Shown: positions 1-13,096 of the stretch, piece after piece
How positions within the stretch are numbered: position 1 is the stretch's first letter
Layout of the letters: the number at the start of each line of letters is the position of its first letter
Assembly: GCA_951406725.2 (NCBI GenBank)
Contig: OX597841.1
Coordinates: forward strand, 18,290,001 to 18,354,000
Reading direction: 5' to 3'
Origin: Octopus vulgaris
Taxonomy: Eukaryota
DNA: 64,000 nucleotides
The notes under the pieces: model-generated
What the model saw: only the letters and a program-made list of their open reading frames with translations
Databases searched by the model: none
What the model was told of the DNA's origin: nothing
Program-made: the position numbers and the translations under genes

Positions 1-840
1 GCATGAGGGGGACAGGATAAATTACCTGCATCAACTTCTTATAAAAGCAGGTAAAATCAAATTGTGTTCTTCGAAAGAAGAGTGCAATTTGATTTCAACA
101 GTTACTTTTTCAAAGCTGTAATGGAAGTGACAAAGGAGCATATTTTGCTTTGAGTTCAATGGAAAGTGTGAGGAATATTAATGCAGTCCATGGGGATCAA
201 ACAATAAGTGTAAACCAGTGTCAACGGTGGTTTCAGAAATTCCGAGCTGGAAACTAAAGCCTAGAAGACAAGCCTCATCCTAGAAAATCTGTAGAGTTTG
301 ATGAGGACATCCTGCAAACCCTGCTGGAACAAAATCCCATTGTAACTGTTGAGGACCTAACAGAGAAGCTTGAATTTGGTCATTCAACCATTCATCGATA
401 CCTGTGTGCCATTGGGAAAATTAGCAAATTGGTTTAACAGGTTCCTCACAAAGTTTCCGAGTCTAATGCTCAGCCACATACTGCAAGGATGACATTCCAA
501 AAGCTGGAGCAGTTTGAATGGGAAATGATGACCCATCAACCATATCCGCTGGACATTGCCCCATCTGATTATCATTTATTCTGCAGTCTCCAAAATCATT
601 TTAACAGAAAAAAATATGAATTCTGTCAATGAGGTTAGAACAGAACTGGAGGAGTAATTTTCATCAGGGACAAGTGAATTTTGGAAGAGGGGCTTTGCAA
701 GTCTACCAGATAAATGGGAGAGCATTGTAAAAAAAAAAAAATGAAGGAGAGTATATTTTAGATTAAAAAAGAACTTTATCTTAATTTTGAAAAATAAAAG
801 AAGTATAAAGAAACCCCATTATTTATGGGATGACCCAATA
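1..840 (+). mobile_element. Mariner (Tc1/mariner DD34D) DNA transposon relic with internal deletion; left end outside the window
   Basis: Manual translation from about 121 gives CQRWFQKFRAGN*SLEDKPH...GKISKLV*QVPHKVSE (WVPHEL-like), joined directly to NAQPHTAR...HQPYPLDIAPSDYHLFCSLQNH (DNARPH and YSPDLAPSDYHLF motifs). Stops and frameshifts are present. A TIR-like end ATTTATGGGATGACCCAATA lies at about 821-840. Confidence 0.9.
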
Positions 841-1489
841 CATACCTTTGATGAAATGTTCTACAAATACCTTTCGGATAACATAAATTATGAACTTGTA
901 TATTGGAACTTTTGTATATTGGATAATACATGAACCTCATCAATATGTGAGAATATAAAGTTAACATGCGTAAATTATCCTCCAAAAACATTTTTTTCTT
1001 TACAATTCTGAAATAATTTATACTGTAGGAAATTCTACGAGAAAAAAAAAAAGAACAAAAAAAAACATGCATTTTTCAGAATGCTATGAGGAAACAAAGT
1101 CAAGGTGTATAAGATCATCTGAAACTCTCATCCCCTCCAAAAGAGGTTTTCACAAAAAAATGGTGACAGTATCAAAATCTACACCCTCCGAATCTTCATT
1201 CAAAAATATTCAATTTCAGAAATTTATGAGGAAGCAAAGTCAAAGCATGGGAATTCTCTGCCACTGTATCCTGGTTTTTTTTTGCTGTTTTTTCCTACAT
1301 TAAATTCCTGATAAAGTCATAATCGACACCATCTGAGAGATACTTCTGAAAAACTTCGTTAGACAAAATATGCATCAAAGGGGTAGATGGGCAAAAAAGG
1401 GTTGAGAAACAGGGGGGTCTCAACTGATTAGAAGGGTTTGTGTTGTGAGGTGTTAGTGATATGTCTGGGGAAGATGGTGTTGTTAGGCT

Positions 1490-1704
1490 GGTGTTTCAGT
1501 CATATGACTGGAGCAATGCCTTAAAGAGCTTTTTAAGTTGAAGAAATTGACCCAGGACTTATTTTTTGTAAGCCTAGTACTCATTCTATTGGACTCTTTT
1601 GCCGAACTGCTAAGTTACGGGGGTCACAAATACAAAAATATTGGTTGTCAATGGTGGGCAGAGGGGACAAACATACACAAAGACACACACACAAATATAT
1701 ATAT

Positions 1705-1769
<65 letters not shown>

Positions 1770-1940
1770 CACACACACAGTGGACTTCTTTCAGTTTCCA
1801 TCTACCAGATCCACTCACAAGGCTTTGGTTGATCCGGGGCTATAGTAGAAGACACTTGCCCATGGTGACGCGCAGTGGGACTGAACCAGGAACCATGTGG
1901 TTGTGAAGCAAGCTTCTTACCACACAGCCACACCTGCACC
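1490..1940 (-). mobile_element. tRNA-derived SINE family A (internal microsatellite)
   Basis: Reverse complement of the family A consensus: GTGGCTGTGTGGT A-box, GGTTCAGTCCC B-box, GGCAAGTGTCTTCT CORE-like segment, internal (TA)n and conserved 3' part. Confidence 0.85.
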
Positions 1941-2305
1941 TAAGGGAAAGTAGTGGTGATGGACGAGGAGGGGCTGGAATAACAACGAGAAGAATACTTA
2001 CTTGTTGATTGGTCAATGAATATTCACTTTTACCATGAACATGATTTGTAAAACTTCTTCCCTGCAACGACAACAACAACAACAACACTCAGAAATTCAT
2101 AAAACAAAAAACAAAAGAAACAAAGAAACATAGCTAATACCAAAACATCCTTATTTCTTGTCTGTATTGCATGCTGGCATCGACTGAATGGTTTGTCAGG
2201 ATCTCACCTGTCACAGAACAGCGCTGAGCACCAATATCTGTTTAGGTAAGGTTTCTAAAGCTGAATGACTTTTCTAATGCCAACCGCTTTACAAACGGTA
2301 CTTAA

Positions 2306-2515
2306 CCCTTTAGCACTTAAACCCGCCAATTCCAGCCAAAATATTCTTCCTGTTTTATCTTCAGACTGGCCAGATCCGGCCTCTCACACTTACCCTACAA
2401 TATTATTCTCAAAATAAACAATCACAGTTGATGTCATTGAAATCTGAAAGCTACAAAGAAATGCAGGACAAATTCAAATCAATGTGGATAGATAAAGAAA
2501 CGGAATGCTAAAGGG
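2306..2515. mobile_element. piggyBac-like MITE family 1 (other copies about 24185-24290, 47616-47830, 48686-49070, 63660-63865)
   Basis: TTAA followed by CCCTTTAGCA...TGCTAAAGGG terminal inverted repeats. The internal sequence is shared among the copies. Confidence 0.7.
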
Positions 2516-3826
2516 CCAAGGATTTTGTGTGTTACTGGCAGGATCACCTATGAGCTCACAAAACAAGATTCCTCAATTGAGGGACAAGTAGAGGCGGCCT
2601 CGTTACAGGTAAGTTCACAGCCATCAATTCACAGTGAAAAAAGTTTACTGTGAGGAAAGTGTACTGAGAAAATATATCTGTAATATCTCATCATTTATAT
2701 TTAAAAAACTATTTTATTACGGGGGGGGGGGGGAATTGATGATTGGACTTATCAGACATGAAGTGGTTTACAGCAGAATTTGAGAGGCAAGAGTATGATA
2801 GAAGGGTAGGGACAGGGATCTTGTAGAGGAGATACCTGGCTACCCCAGCTGGGAGGGTGTCTGAGTGTGTATATGCATGAGGCAACAAAAAAGGCCTCTA
2901 CAGGGTAGTTAGAGTTGAGAGAAATAGCAGTAAAATCTAACTCCAATCACAACCTACCATCATATGTATGTGAGCGTGCGTATGTGTGTGTATGACTTCT
3001 ACATTGCCTGACTGCTAGAAAACAAGAGATGGCAGTGATAGGGTGTCAGGGGCTAGTCAGTATTTTATCAACCTTTTTCTCTCCTATTTCTTCTGTTCCA
3101 AAGCACGACTTGAACCATGAGATAGCAGACCTTTCTTGGTGGCCATTGGAGTATCACATCCACAACAATGAAATACTGCTGTTTGTTTCCATAATTTCTT
3201 GGGGTTAATGAGGATTCATTAGATATAAGTAAAGCCAAATAAAAAATCTTTCTTCTGACGACAATGCATTTGTCCACTGTAACAGATGTATTTAAGAGAC
3301 GTCGCACCATTTTGAACTAAAAGTGTTGTCAATTGATTGACCAGATATTATTCATCTGTCGTCTATTACCCACCTTAATCTTATTTTTTGACACAGGTTT
3401 TTGATTTGTTTAAGTAGATTTAAGGAGTTATTCAAGTCAACCCTTTAACAAAATTGATTGGACCCTGAAGACTGTCTCCAAATTGCTCTCGTATCAAAAT
3501 GTAATTGTAACAAAAATGAAACATCATTTCTCCAAAACCTGAACCGGAAAAGTTTTGAGAAAAATCCTTTTGCTTCATAATGAAGATAATAATTTATTTT
3601 ATCACATTAGTTTTATACTTTTTATATTTAGAATTGTATTCTCCATAGAAATAGAGTCAATAAACCTTTTGAATCCAAAGAATCTAAGATTTTCTTCCTT
3701 TCAAATCAAGGGGGTAACGTCGGTGTATATATATATATATTTTGGGGTAATTGGATAAAAAAGTTACCTGACCCCAGTGTTAGGGCCTCAGCTATGGGTT
3801 AATTAGCACAGGTAGGGCTTGCCTAC

Positions 3827-4132
3827 CTGTGCATGTAAGAGATTGAATCTTGAAGACACTACAGAAGAAGCCTTCATGGTTCCAAGGAGACGGCTACAAC
3901 AATGCAGCATGCAGTGCAGAGAGCAAGATGAGGCAAGCACTGCATCCGTCTCCCAGTCACCTTGACCTGGTCTTGCCACTGGACTGAAGATGGTCATCGA
4001 TGAGAGAATGAGGTTGAACGGGTGCAACTTGAATCTCCACTCTTTAAGGAGGACCAGGTGACGGACATTACTCGAATGGATGAAAAGGAATGTTTTCATC
4101 ATTGTTGGAGCTCGGGACACTGAATACCACAT
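3827..4132 (-). other. Candidate exon (coding or lncRNA), unassigned
   Basis: Minus-strand acceptor ctctacttttcattttag|ATG at 4132 and donor CAG|gtaggc at 3827 bound 306 nt with one open frame. An alternative frame gives a terminal peptide VVFSVPSSNNDENIPFHPFE*. The exon lies in about 1.6 kb without recognisable repeats. No homology recognised. Confidence 0.25.
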
Positions 4133-4362
4133 CTAAAATGAAAAGTAGAGGGCAGCACTAAAGTGGCCATTCTTGTTTGCATGTTAATAACTGTCATAAA
4201 CCAACAGAGGAGACCTGATAGCAATAGTAGCCAAACTGCCCTCAAAATCACATCCTTCTGTCATATCTATGTGTAGGCCAGCGAAGAAGATCTCTCCAGG
4301 ATAGCTAGACCTGCTAGAGATAACTACCAAATTTCTTTAAATCACACCCTGTAGTCATATGT

Positions 4363-4422
<60 letters not shown>

Positions 4423-4427
<5 letters not shown>

Positions 4428-4614
4428 ATCCAAACATGAAAACACAACAATGCGAGGACGTGGAACAAATACAGTATTATTGGACGCTCAGGAAAGAAGG
4501 AGGGTTTAACGTTTCGAGCGGAGCTCTTCGTCAGAAACATGAAAAAAGGAAAGATCCAAAGAAGGGAAGACCGAGGAAGAAAATCGCCAACGATACACAT
4601 GCAGTCACATATCG

Positions 4615-4620
<6 letters not shown>
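4423..4620 (-). mobile_element. Short hammerhead-bearing element, family H1 (Penelope pLTR-derived or retrozyme-like), between (TA)n tracts
   Basis: About 200 bp with a near-identical copy at 52251-52420. It contains a minimal hammerhead motif. Confidence 0.7.
4504..4538 (-). ncRNA. Minimal type I hammerhead ribozyme motif
   Basis: gttt-CTGACGA-a-gagc(tcc)gctc-GAAA-C-G-T-T-aaac: stem I gttt/aaac, stem II gagc/gctc, palindromic ACGT stem III, GUU cleavage triplet. Confidence 0.75.
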
Positions 4621-4663
<43 letters not shown>

Positions 4664-4719
4664 GTATATGTGTGTGTGTTAGTGACACTGCCAACTGGTG
4701 ATGACGAGGGTTCCAGTCG

Positions 4720-5034
4720 ATGTATATATGTATCTGTGTGTATATTTATATATATATATATGTATCTGTGTGTATATTTATATATATATATATGTATCTG
4801 TGTGTATACATATATATATATATATATGTATCTGTGTGTATACATATATATATATATATATGTATCTGTGTATATACATATATATATATATATATGTATC
4901 TGTGTATATACATATATATATATATATATGTATCTGTGTATATACATATATATATATATATGTATCTGTGTATATACATATATATATATATATGTATCTG
5001 TGTATATACATATATATATATATATGTATCTGTG

Positions 5035-5065
<31 letters not shown>

Positions 5066-5070
5066 CTGTG

Positions 5071-5101
<31 letters not shown>

Positions 5102-5106
5102 CTGTG

Positions 5107-5137
<31 letters not shown>

Positions 5138-5142
5138 CTGTG

Positions 5143-5173
<31 letters not shown>

Positions 5174-5240
5174 CTGTGTATATACATATATATATATATG
5201 TATCTGTGTATATACATATATATATATATATGTATCTGTG

Positions 5241-5271
<31 letters not shown>

Positions 5272-5344
5272 CTGTGTATATACATATATATATATATATA
5301 TGTATCTGTGTATATACATATATATATATATATATGTATCTGTG

Positions 5345-5375
<31 letters not shown>

Positions 5376-5634
5376 CTGTGTATATACATATATATATATA
5401 TATGTATCTGTGTATATACATATATATATATATATATGTATCTGTGTATATACATATATATATATATATATGTATCTGTGTATATACATATATATCTGTG
5501 TATATACATATATATATATATATATGTATCTGTGTATATACATATATATATATATATGTATCTATCTGTGTATATACATATATATATATATATGTATCTG
5601 TGTATATACATATATATATATATATGTATCTGTG

Positions 5635-5679
<45 letters not shown>

Positions 5680-5690
5680 GTGTATGTATG
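4720..5690. repeat. Compound minisatellite: TGTATCTGTGTATATACA + (TA)n, about 30-bp variable units
   Basis: Direct inspection. It is the source of the spurious YI-rich ORFs. Confidence 0.95.
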
Positions 5691-6416
5691 CAGTATGCAT
5701 GAACTAATGTAAAGTGAGCAGTAATGTAAATAGAGAAACTGTTGGCCCCACAGCCCCGTTCTGAGAGCAATGAACGTGGGCATGTTTTCCTCACAGGTCG
5801 CCTACACAAACACACTGACACTCAGAAGGCCTCAAGCTGAATGCAACCCTTTCTAGCAACTAATCTAATATGCAGTCTACGTGGTGGGATATTTTCCAGC
5901 TGACCCGGACTCGCAAGTCACACGAAAGCAGGCAATCAATTTGCTGCTCAGAATGAATGTCCCAGTGAAACACATCAATACAAATGCTGCATCTGCAACA
6001 AAAAAGAATAAAGTGCAAAGCCACTTGCTGGCTTTCAAGCCATTGCACTGTGCAACGAGATTTTTGTCCTTGGTGAGCAACTGTTATTTCTTATTTCCTG
6101 ACCCCTACAAAGTATGAAAATGGTTAATATCTCCTTCAAAATTTGCTTTTATTACATTCATTCAAACCCCCAAAGAATCCCTCTCAACACATGGCTATCA
6201 TGCTCCTCTATTATTCCTGTTTATCATCAGAGATGCACAGATTGTCCGTCACTAAAGGACATGCTCAAGCGGTTATGGCCAAGAACTGACATGCAGACCT
6301 GTGGTACTGAGCAGAAGATTTGCCATAACGATATTTCTGCTTCGGCAAGCCAAACTAAACTAACAAAGAACTCAACACTTTGGAGAAATCATTCAAATAA
6401 TTCCTATAAAAATAGG

Positions 6417-6845
6417 TTTATATGTGGCAAAAAGCTTGCTTCCCTACCACATGGTTCCAGGTTCAGTCCCACAGCATGGTATTTTGGGCTAACCAAAGAC
6501 TTGTAGTGGCTTTGGTAGATAGAAACTGAAAAAAGCCCATTGTGTTTGTGTGTGTGTGTATGTATGTATGTATGATGGATGTATGTATCTATGTATATGT
6601 ATGTATGTATATCTGTGTGTGTGTGTGTCTGTGTGTGTTTCTTCTCCCATCACTGCGAGACAACCAGTGTTGATGTGTTTACATTCCCACAACTTAGCAG
6701 TTCAGCAAGAAAGACCAATAAAATAAGTACTAGGCTTGAAAAAAAAAACAAGTCCTGGGGTTGAATTGTTTGACCAAAAAACACTTCAAGGCAGTGCTCC
6801 AGCATGGCCGCAGTCAAATGCTTGAAAGAAGTAAACGAATGAAAA
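6417..6845 (+). mobile_element. SINE family A copy (diverged)
   Basis: Head, internal (TG/TA)n and 3' CAGCATGGCCGCAGTCAAATG match other copies. Confidence 0.8.
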
Positions 6846-7469
6846 GGTGCAGTCATTGGAGGAGAGATTTTTGAAGCTTTGTTGCAAAATGGTGTCAGAG
6901 ATTATGTGTGAAAGCGAACTGGCATCTCAACTGATGTGGAAGCTAATTAGCAGAGTAATTAGAGGATTGGCTGAGTTCAAATCCTATGTAGGCCAACTCT
7001 GCCTTTCACCTTCATGGCTTCAATAAATACTCGTCTAAGCAGGTGGATTGGCAGAAATGGTAAAGCATCTGGCAACATTCTTTCTGTCTCTTAGAAATCT
7101 GAATTCAAGTTGTAATCAGATTAACTTTATTTATCAACTCTTGGAAGGATGAAAAGCAAAGAACTGGTCGTCAAACAGAATCTTGACAAAATATATATTA
7201 GCAACAGAAGCAGTATTAATAGCAAGAGGTAATATTTCTCCCCACCCCTGGCTGGTATAAGAGCAGCTGCTATCTCTAGCAGTCAAACGTCCATCCTTGA
7301 CAATATAAAGAAGAGTGCATTTTGCACCTGAAGACAATATGAGAGTTTCTCTCTAATGCAGGATCATTTGTTCTAACAGAACACCCACATTTAACTGAGG
7401 ATAAATATTCTTTTCTACTCTCGGCAAAAAGCACCCAATTTTATTTGGGGGGGGGGGGCAGTTGAAATT

Positions 7470-7765
7470 CCATTAAGCATTTCGCCCAGTGTGCTAATGT
7501 TTCTTATTTCTTTATTGCCCACAAGGGGCTAAACATAGAGGGGACAAACAAGGACAGACAAAGGGGTTAAGTCGATTACATCAACCCCAGTGCATAACTG
7601 GTACTTAATTTATCCGCTGAGGTCGAGTTTGGCTTTCATCCTTTCGGGGTCGATTAAATAAGTACCAGTTACGCACTGGGGTCGATGTAATCGACTTAAT
7701 CCGTGTGTCTGTCCTTGTTTGTCCTCTCTGTGTTTAGCCCCTTTTGGGTAGTAAAGAAATAGGTA
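7470..7765. mobile_element. SINE family B, two inverted halves forming a fold-back
   Basis: 7505-7612 is the reverse complement of 7652-7762 (family B 3' part). Confidence 0.75.
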
Positions 7766-8371
7766 CAGGTGTGTCTGTGGAGTGCTCAGCCACTTGCACG
7801 TTAATCTCACAAGTAGGCTATTCTGTTGACTGGATCACCTGGAACCTTCATCACCAAAACCGACAGAGTACCAGTAATTGCAAAAGGAGGTGAGAATATT
7901 CCTTGAAAACAAAAACATGGATGCTTCATGTTTCCATGATCCTGCTTTGCTTTTAACCCTAGTCATTTCATGTGGACAGTACATTTCATTCTAATAACAT
8001 ACATCAACTAATTTAGGGATAAAATTAGTCATAAGATGATGTGTGGGGACTGAGTCACATTTGAAAGGGAGCAGCAGTTGTGGGAAGAGTAGTTTCAAAA
8101 AGGGACGTTGGAGGGCTGCCTGGTTAGGAAGCTTAATCGACAACACCGAGGTCTCACAGTACAACACCCAGGGCAAATGTCTTTTACTATAAGCTCCAGC
8201 CTGACCAAAGCCTTGAGTGGATTTCCTAAGAGCAAAAACTGCAAGAAGCCCAGAATACTTTCGCCAAACCACAAAATTGCAGGGACATAAACAAACAAAC
8301 ACTGGTTGTGAAATGGGGGAGGAAAGGACAAAGATAAAGACACACACACACACACACACGTGTAGTATATA

Positions 8372-8760
8372 TTCTTTTATTTGTTTCAGTCATTTGACTG
8401 TGGCCATGCTGGAGTACCACCTTTAGTCGAGCAAATCGACCCCAGGACTTATTCTTTGTAGGCCTGGTACTTATTCTATCAGTCTCTTTTGGTGAACTGC
8501 TAGGTTACGGGGATGTAAACGCACCAGCATCAGTTATCAAGCAATGTTAGGGGGGGGGGGACACACACACATATATATATACATATATACACACACACAT
8601 GAGCCTCTTTCAGTTTTCGTCTACCAAATCCACTCACAAAGCTTTATTCGGCCCAAGGTTATGGTAGAAGACACTTGCCCAAGGTGCCATGCAGTGGGAC
8701 TGATCCCGAAACATTGTGGTTGGTAAGCAAGCTACTTACCACACAGCCACTCCTGCACCT
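8372..8760 (-). mobile_element. SINE family A, full length
   Basis: Matches the consensus from the head (GGTGCAGGAGTGGCTGTGTGG) to the tail (CTGAAACAAATAAAAGAAT). Confidence 0.9.
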
Positions 8761-8800
8761 ATATATATAACAAAGTAAAGTTGTAAGGCAGCGCACAAGT

Positions 8801-9273
8801 GGAAAGAAGGTTTGAAAATGCAATTTTAAAGATGTTTATTCACTAGGCCAGTTTCACTTTTTTAGAAAAAGATTATCAAAAGTAAAATGTAAAGCTTTGT
8901 TGTGTTAATTACTGGTTGTCACAAAAGTATTAAAATACATTCTTTGATAATAATAAGAAAATTAACTCCTAATACTTTTTCTGTGTATGTATATATATAT
9001 ATATACTACAAAACAAACATGATTTTTATTGAACTCCTAATACTTTTTGTTGAATATTTTCTTAAATACTTTCTTGTAGACTGTTTTTAACATTTTCTTA
9101 ATATTATCAAAGAATGTATATATGTATTTCAATACTTTTGTGGCAACCAGTAATTAACACAACAAAGCTTATACAAAGCTTTACATTTTACTTTTGATAT
9201 TCTTTTTCTAAAAAAGTGAAACCAGTCAAATGAATAAACATCTTTTAAAATTGCATTTTCAAATCCTTCTTTC
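8801..9273. repeat. Long imperfect inverted repeat (about 160-180-bp arms, about 130-bp spacer)
   Basis: 8801-8961 is the reverse complement of about 9092-9273. Each arm contains a decayed TGAT...AAAAAGTGAAAC hammerhead-like segment. Confidence 0.85.
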
Positions 9274-9614
9274 ATATCTCAAAGAATGTAGTTGTAGTGA
9301 GAAGTCAGAACAAAGCGAGAATAAACTACAAAATGAAAAGGAAACAGAGCAGAGTTGCAGTTTTGCCTTGTATTTCTATATTTCAGGACATTCTGAAAAG
9401 CAGTGATTGGAATGGTTTGTCGCTCCTCAGCAACCAACGCTTTTCCCAAGTTCTGAAAATTTCTTCTCTTTTATTGTTTTGTAGCTTACTTTGTACCATC
9501 TCGCATTGTTCTGGCTTTACACAGCTACATTCTTCAAAGTTATACCTCACAGTGCTTCACAAAAACAACCTCATTTTTCATATATATATACTTTATTTAA
9601 AAACAGCAGAAATT

Positions 9615-9666
9615 TAACAAAAGCTGTTACTCGGAGTTTCACATTCCCATTCGTCGGACAGTTTTG

Positions 9667-9669
<3 letters not shown>
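9615..9669 (-). ncRNA. Type I hammerhead-like motif (core variant CCGACGA)
   Basis: taacaaaactgt-CCGACGA-atgggaatgt-GAAA-ctccgag-TA-acagcttttgtta. Stem I is long, the triplet is GUA and stem II is weak. The motif abuts a (TA)n tract. Confidence 0.5.
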
Positions 9670-9707
<38 letters not shown>

Positions 9708-9709
<2 letters not shown>

Positions 9710-10100
9710 CGCAGGAGTGGCTGTGTGGTAAGTAGCTTGTCTACCAACCGCATGGTTCCGGGTTCAGTCCCACTGCGTGGCACCTTGGGTAAGTGTCTTC
9801 TACTATAGCCTCGGGCCAACCAAAGCCTTGTGAGTGGATTTGGTAGACGGAAACTGAAAGAAGCCCGTCATATATATATATGTATATATGTGTGTTTGTG
9901 TGTCTGTGTTTGTCCCCCTAGCATTGCTTGACAACCGATGCTGGTGTGTTTATGTCCCCGTTATTTAGCGGTTCGGCAAAAGAGACCGATAGAATAAGTA
10001 CTTGGCTTACAAAGAATAAGTCCCGGGGTCGAGTTGCTCGATTAAAGGTGGTGCTCCAGCATGGCCGCAGTCAAATGACTGAAACAAGTAAAAGAGTAAG
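9708..10100 (+). mobile_element. SINE family A, full length
   Basis: GGCGCAGGAGTGGCTGTGTGGTAAG...GGGTTCAGTCCC...CTTGGGTAAGTGTCTTCT...ACTGAAACAAGTAAAAGAG. Confidence 0.9.
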
Positions 10101-10173
10101 AGTATATGTATGTATATATGTGTGTGTATATATATATGTATGTATGTATTATATGTGTGGGTATATATATGTG

Positions 10174-10330
<157 letters not shown>

Positions 10331-10337
10331 GTATATA

Positions 10338-10418
<81 letters not shown>

Positions 10419-10924
10419 ACTTTATATATACTTTATATATATATATATATAAGTGGGCTTCCTGTTTCCATCTACCAAATTCACTCAAAAGGTTTTGGTT
10501 GGCCTGAGACTATAGTAGAAGACACTTGCCCAAAGTTCCACATAGTGGGATTGAACCCTGAACCATGTGGTTGTGAAGCAAGCTACTAACCAGACAGGCA
10601 TGCCTGCATTATGTTGAAACTATTTATAACTTTAAAGACTTGTTTGTGCTTTTTTTTTCTTTCTTTAATAGGTTTAAAATGATGCCTCAATTGAACTAAA
10701 TTACATTCAAACTGATATCTTAGATTAGCAATCGATACAAGTTCACTGTGCAAAAACGATTTTCTGGCATGTCTCATATTTAATGGAAAATATAATTGGA
10801 TGTATTTAGATGAAGATTTCCAGGTTTAACTATTTTTGTGGCATTTATCTAACACACAGTCCAATTATTATTAAACTATCTGACCAACAGACGTAAAAAC
10901 GTTGACCACTCCCTGATAGAAATA

Positions 10925-11378
10925 TTCGTTTCAAATTTAGGCACAAGGGTAGCAATTTTGACGAAGGGGATAAGTCAATTACATTGAATCCAGAGTATAA
11001 CTGGTACTTATTTTAACCCTGAAAGAATGAAAGTCAGAGTTGACCTTGGCAGAATTTGAGCTCAGAACGTGAAGTGGAAAGAAAACATGCCAAGCATTTT
11101 GCCCAGTCTGCTAATAATTCTGCCAGCTCACCGCTTTATCTTAATAATAATTATAATAATTCTTTCTACTAAAGGCACGGGGTCTGAAAGTTTTGTGGGA
11201 AGGGGAATAGTCAATTACATCGACCCCAGTGTATAACTGGTACTTAATTTATTGACCCTGAGAGGATGAAAAGCAAAACTGACCTTGGCATAATTTGAAC
11301 TCAGAACACGAAGACAGATGAAATACTACAAAGCATTTCACCTGGCATGCTAATGACTCTGCCAGCTCACCACCTTAA
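10925..11378 (-). mobile_element. Two tandem SINE family B copies
   Basis: Reverse complement of GGTGAGCTGGCAGA...TTCTGAGTTCAAATT...TTTCATCC...AAGTACCAG. Confidence 0.75.
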
Positions 11379-11404
11379 TAATAATAATAATAATAATAAC
11401 AAGA

Positions 11405-11850
11405 TCAATACCATAGATTTACTTGTCAGCTGTTTGACCTTAACCAGTTGAGCAGGTCTTTTGGTGGCTGACGATATGTGCATCTCTGATCATGAGCAGA
11501 ATTAATGGGGAGCATCATAGCCATGTGTTAAGAAGGATTCATTGGGGTTTGGATAATTTCCCTTTGGAAACATGGGCGTTTCATTCAATATCCTTAAACA
11601 ACCCTTATTCAGGGACCTATTGAGAGGGATGGGCTACTTGACCTGAAGAAAATTCTAACTGGGCTCCACATGCAAGGTCATGCACTGTTTATCTTGATAT
11701 GAGATTGCCATGTCGCGCACATATGGTTGCGATGCATGTGCCTGGTGCGCCCTTACTGGACAGGTAGTCATGACGGGTATACTGGGCTTTGTGTATTTAA
11801 CCCTACTGTCACTTTGATGGCATGCACTGCTCCCTCACTCAATAACAATA
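11405..11850 (+). repeat. Dispersed repeat ending in (AAT)n, probably a retroelement 3' region; inverted copy at 32288-32725 and partial copy at about 6160-6320
   Basis: High similarity to the reverse complement of 32288-32725. Confidence 0.7.
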
Positions 11851-11924
11851 ATAATGATAATGGTTTCAAATTTTGGCACAAGGCCAGCAATTTCGGGGAA
11901 GGGGATAAGTCAGTACATCAATAA

Positions 11925-12900
<976 letters not shown>

Positions 12901-13096
12901 ATTGGGTTTCTTTCAATTTCTCTCCCCTAAATCCAATTACAAGGGTTTGGTCATCCCAATCCTATAAATAGAAGACACTTGCCCAAGGTGCCACACAATG
13001 GGATTGAACCCAGAACCATGTGGTTGGGAAGCAACCTTCTTGCAACACAGCCACTTCAGCAAATCTCTTGCACTTGGATTGCCTGACACTTCTTTA

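Noticed and set aside
4361-5821. Long YI/IY-rich ORFs here and at 9928-12916, 20495-20925, 31399-31971 and 50286-51213
   Set aside because: These are translations of (TA)n/(TG)n microsatellites, open on both strands simply because the repeats lack stops.
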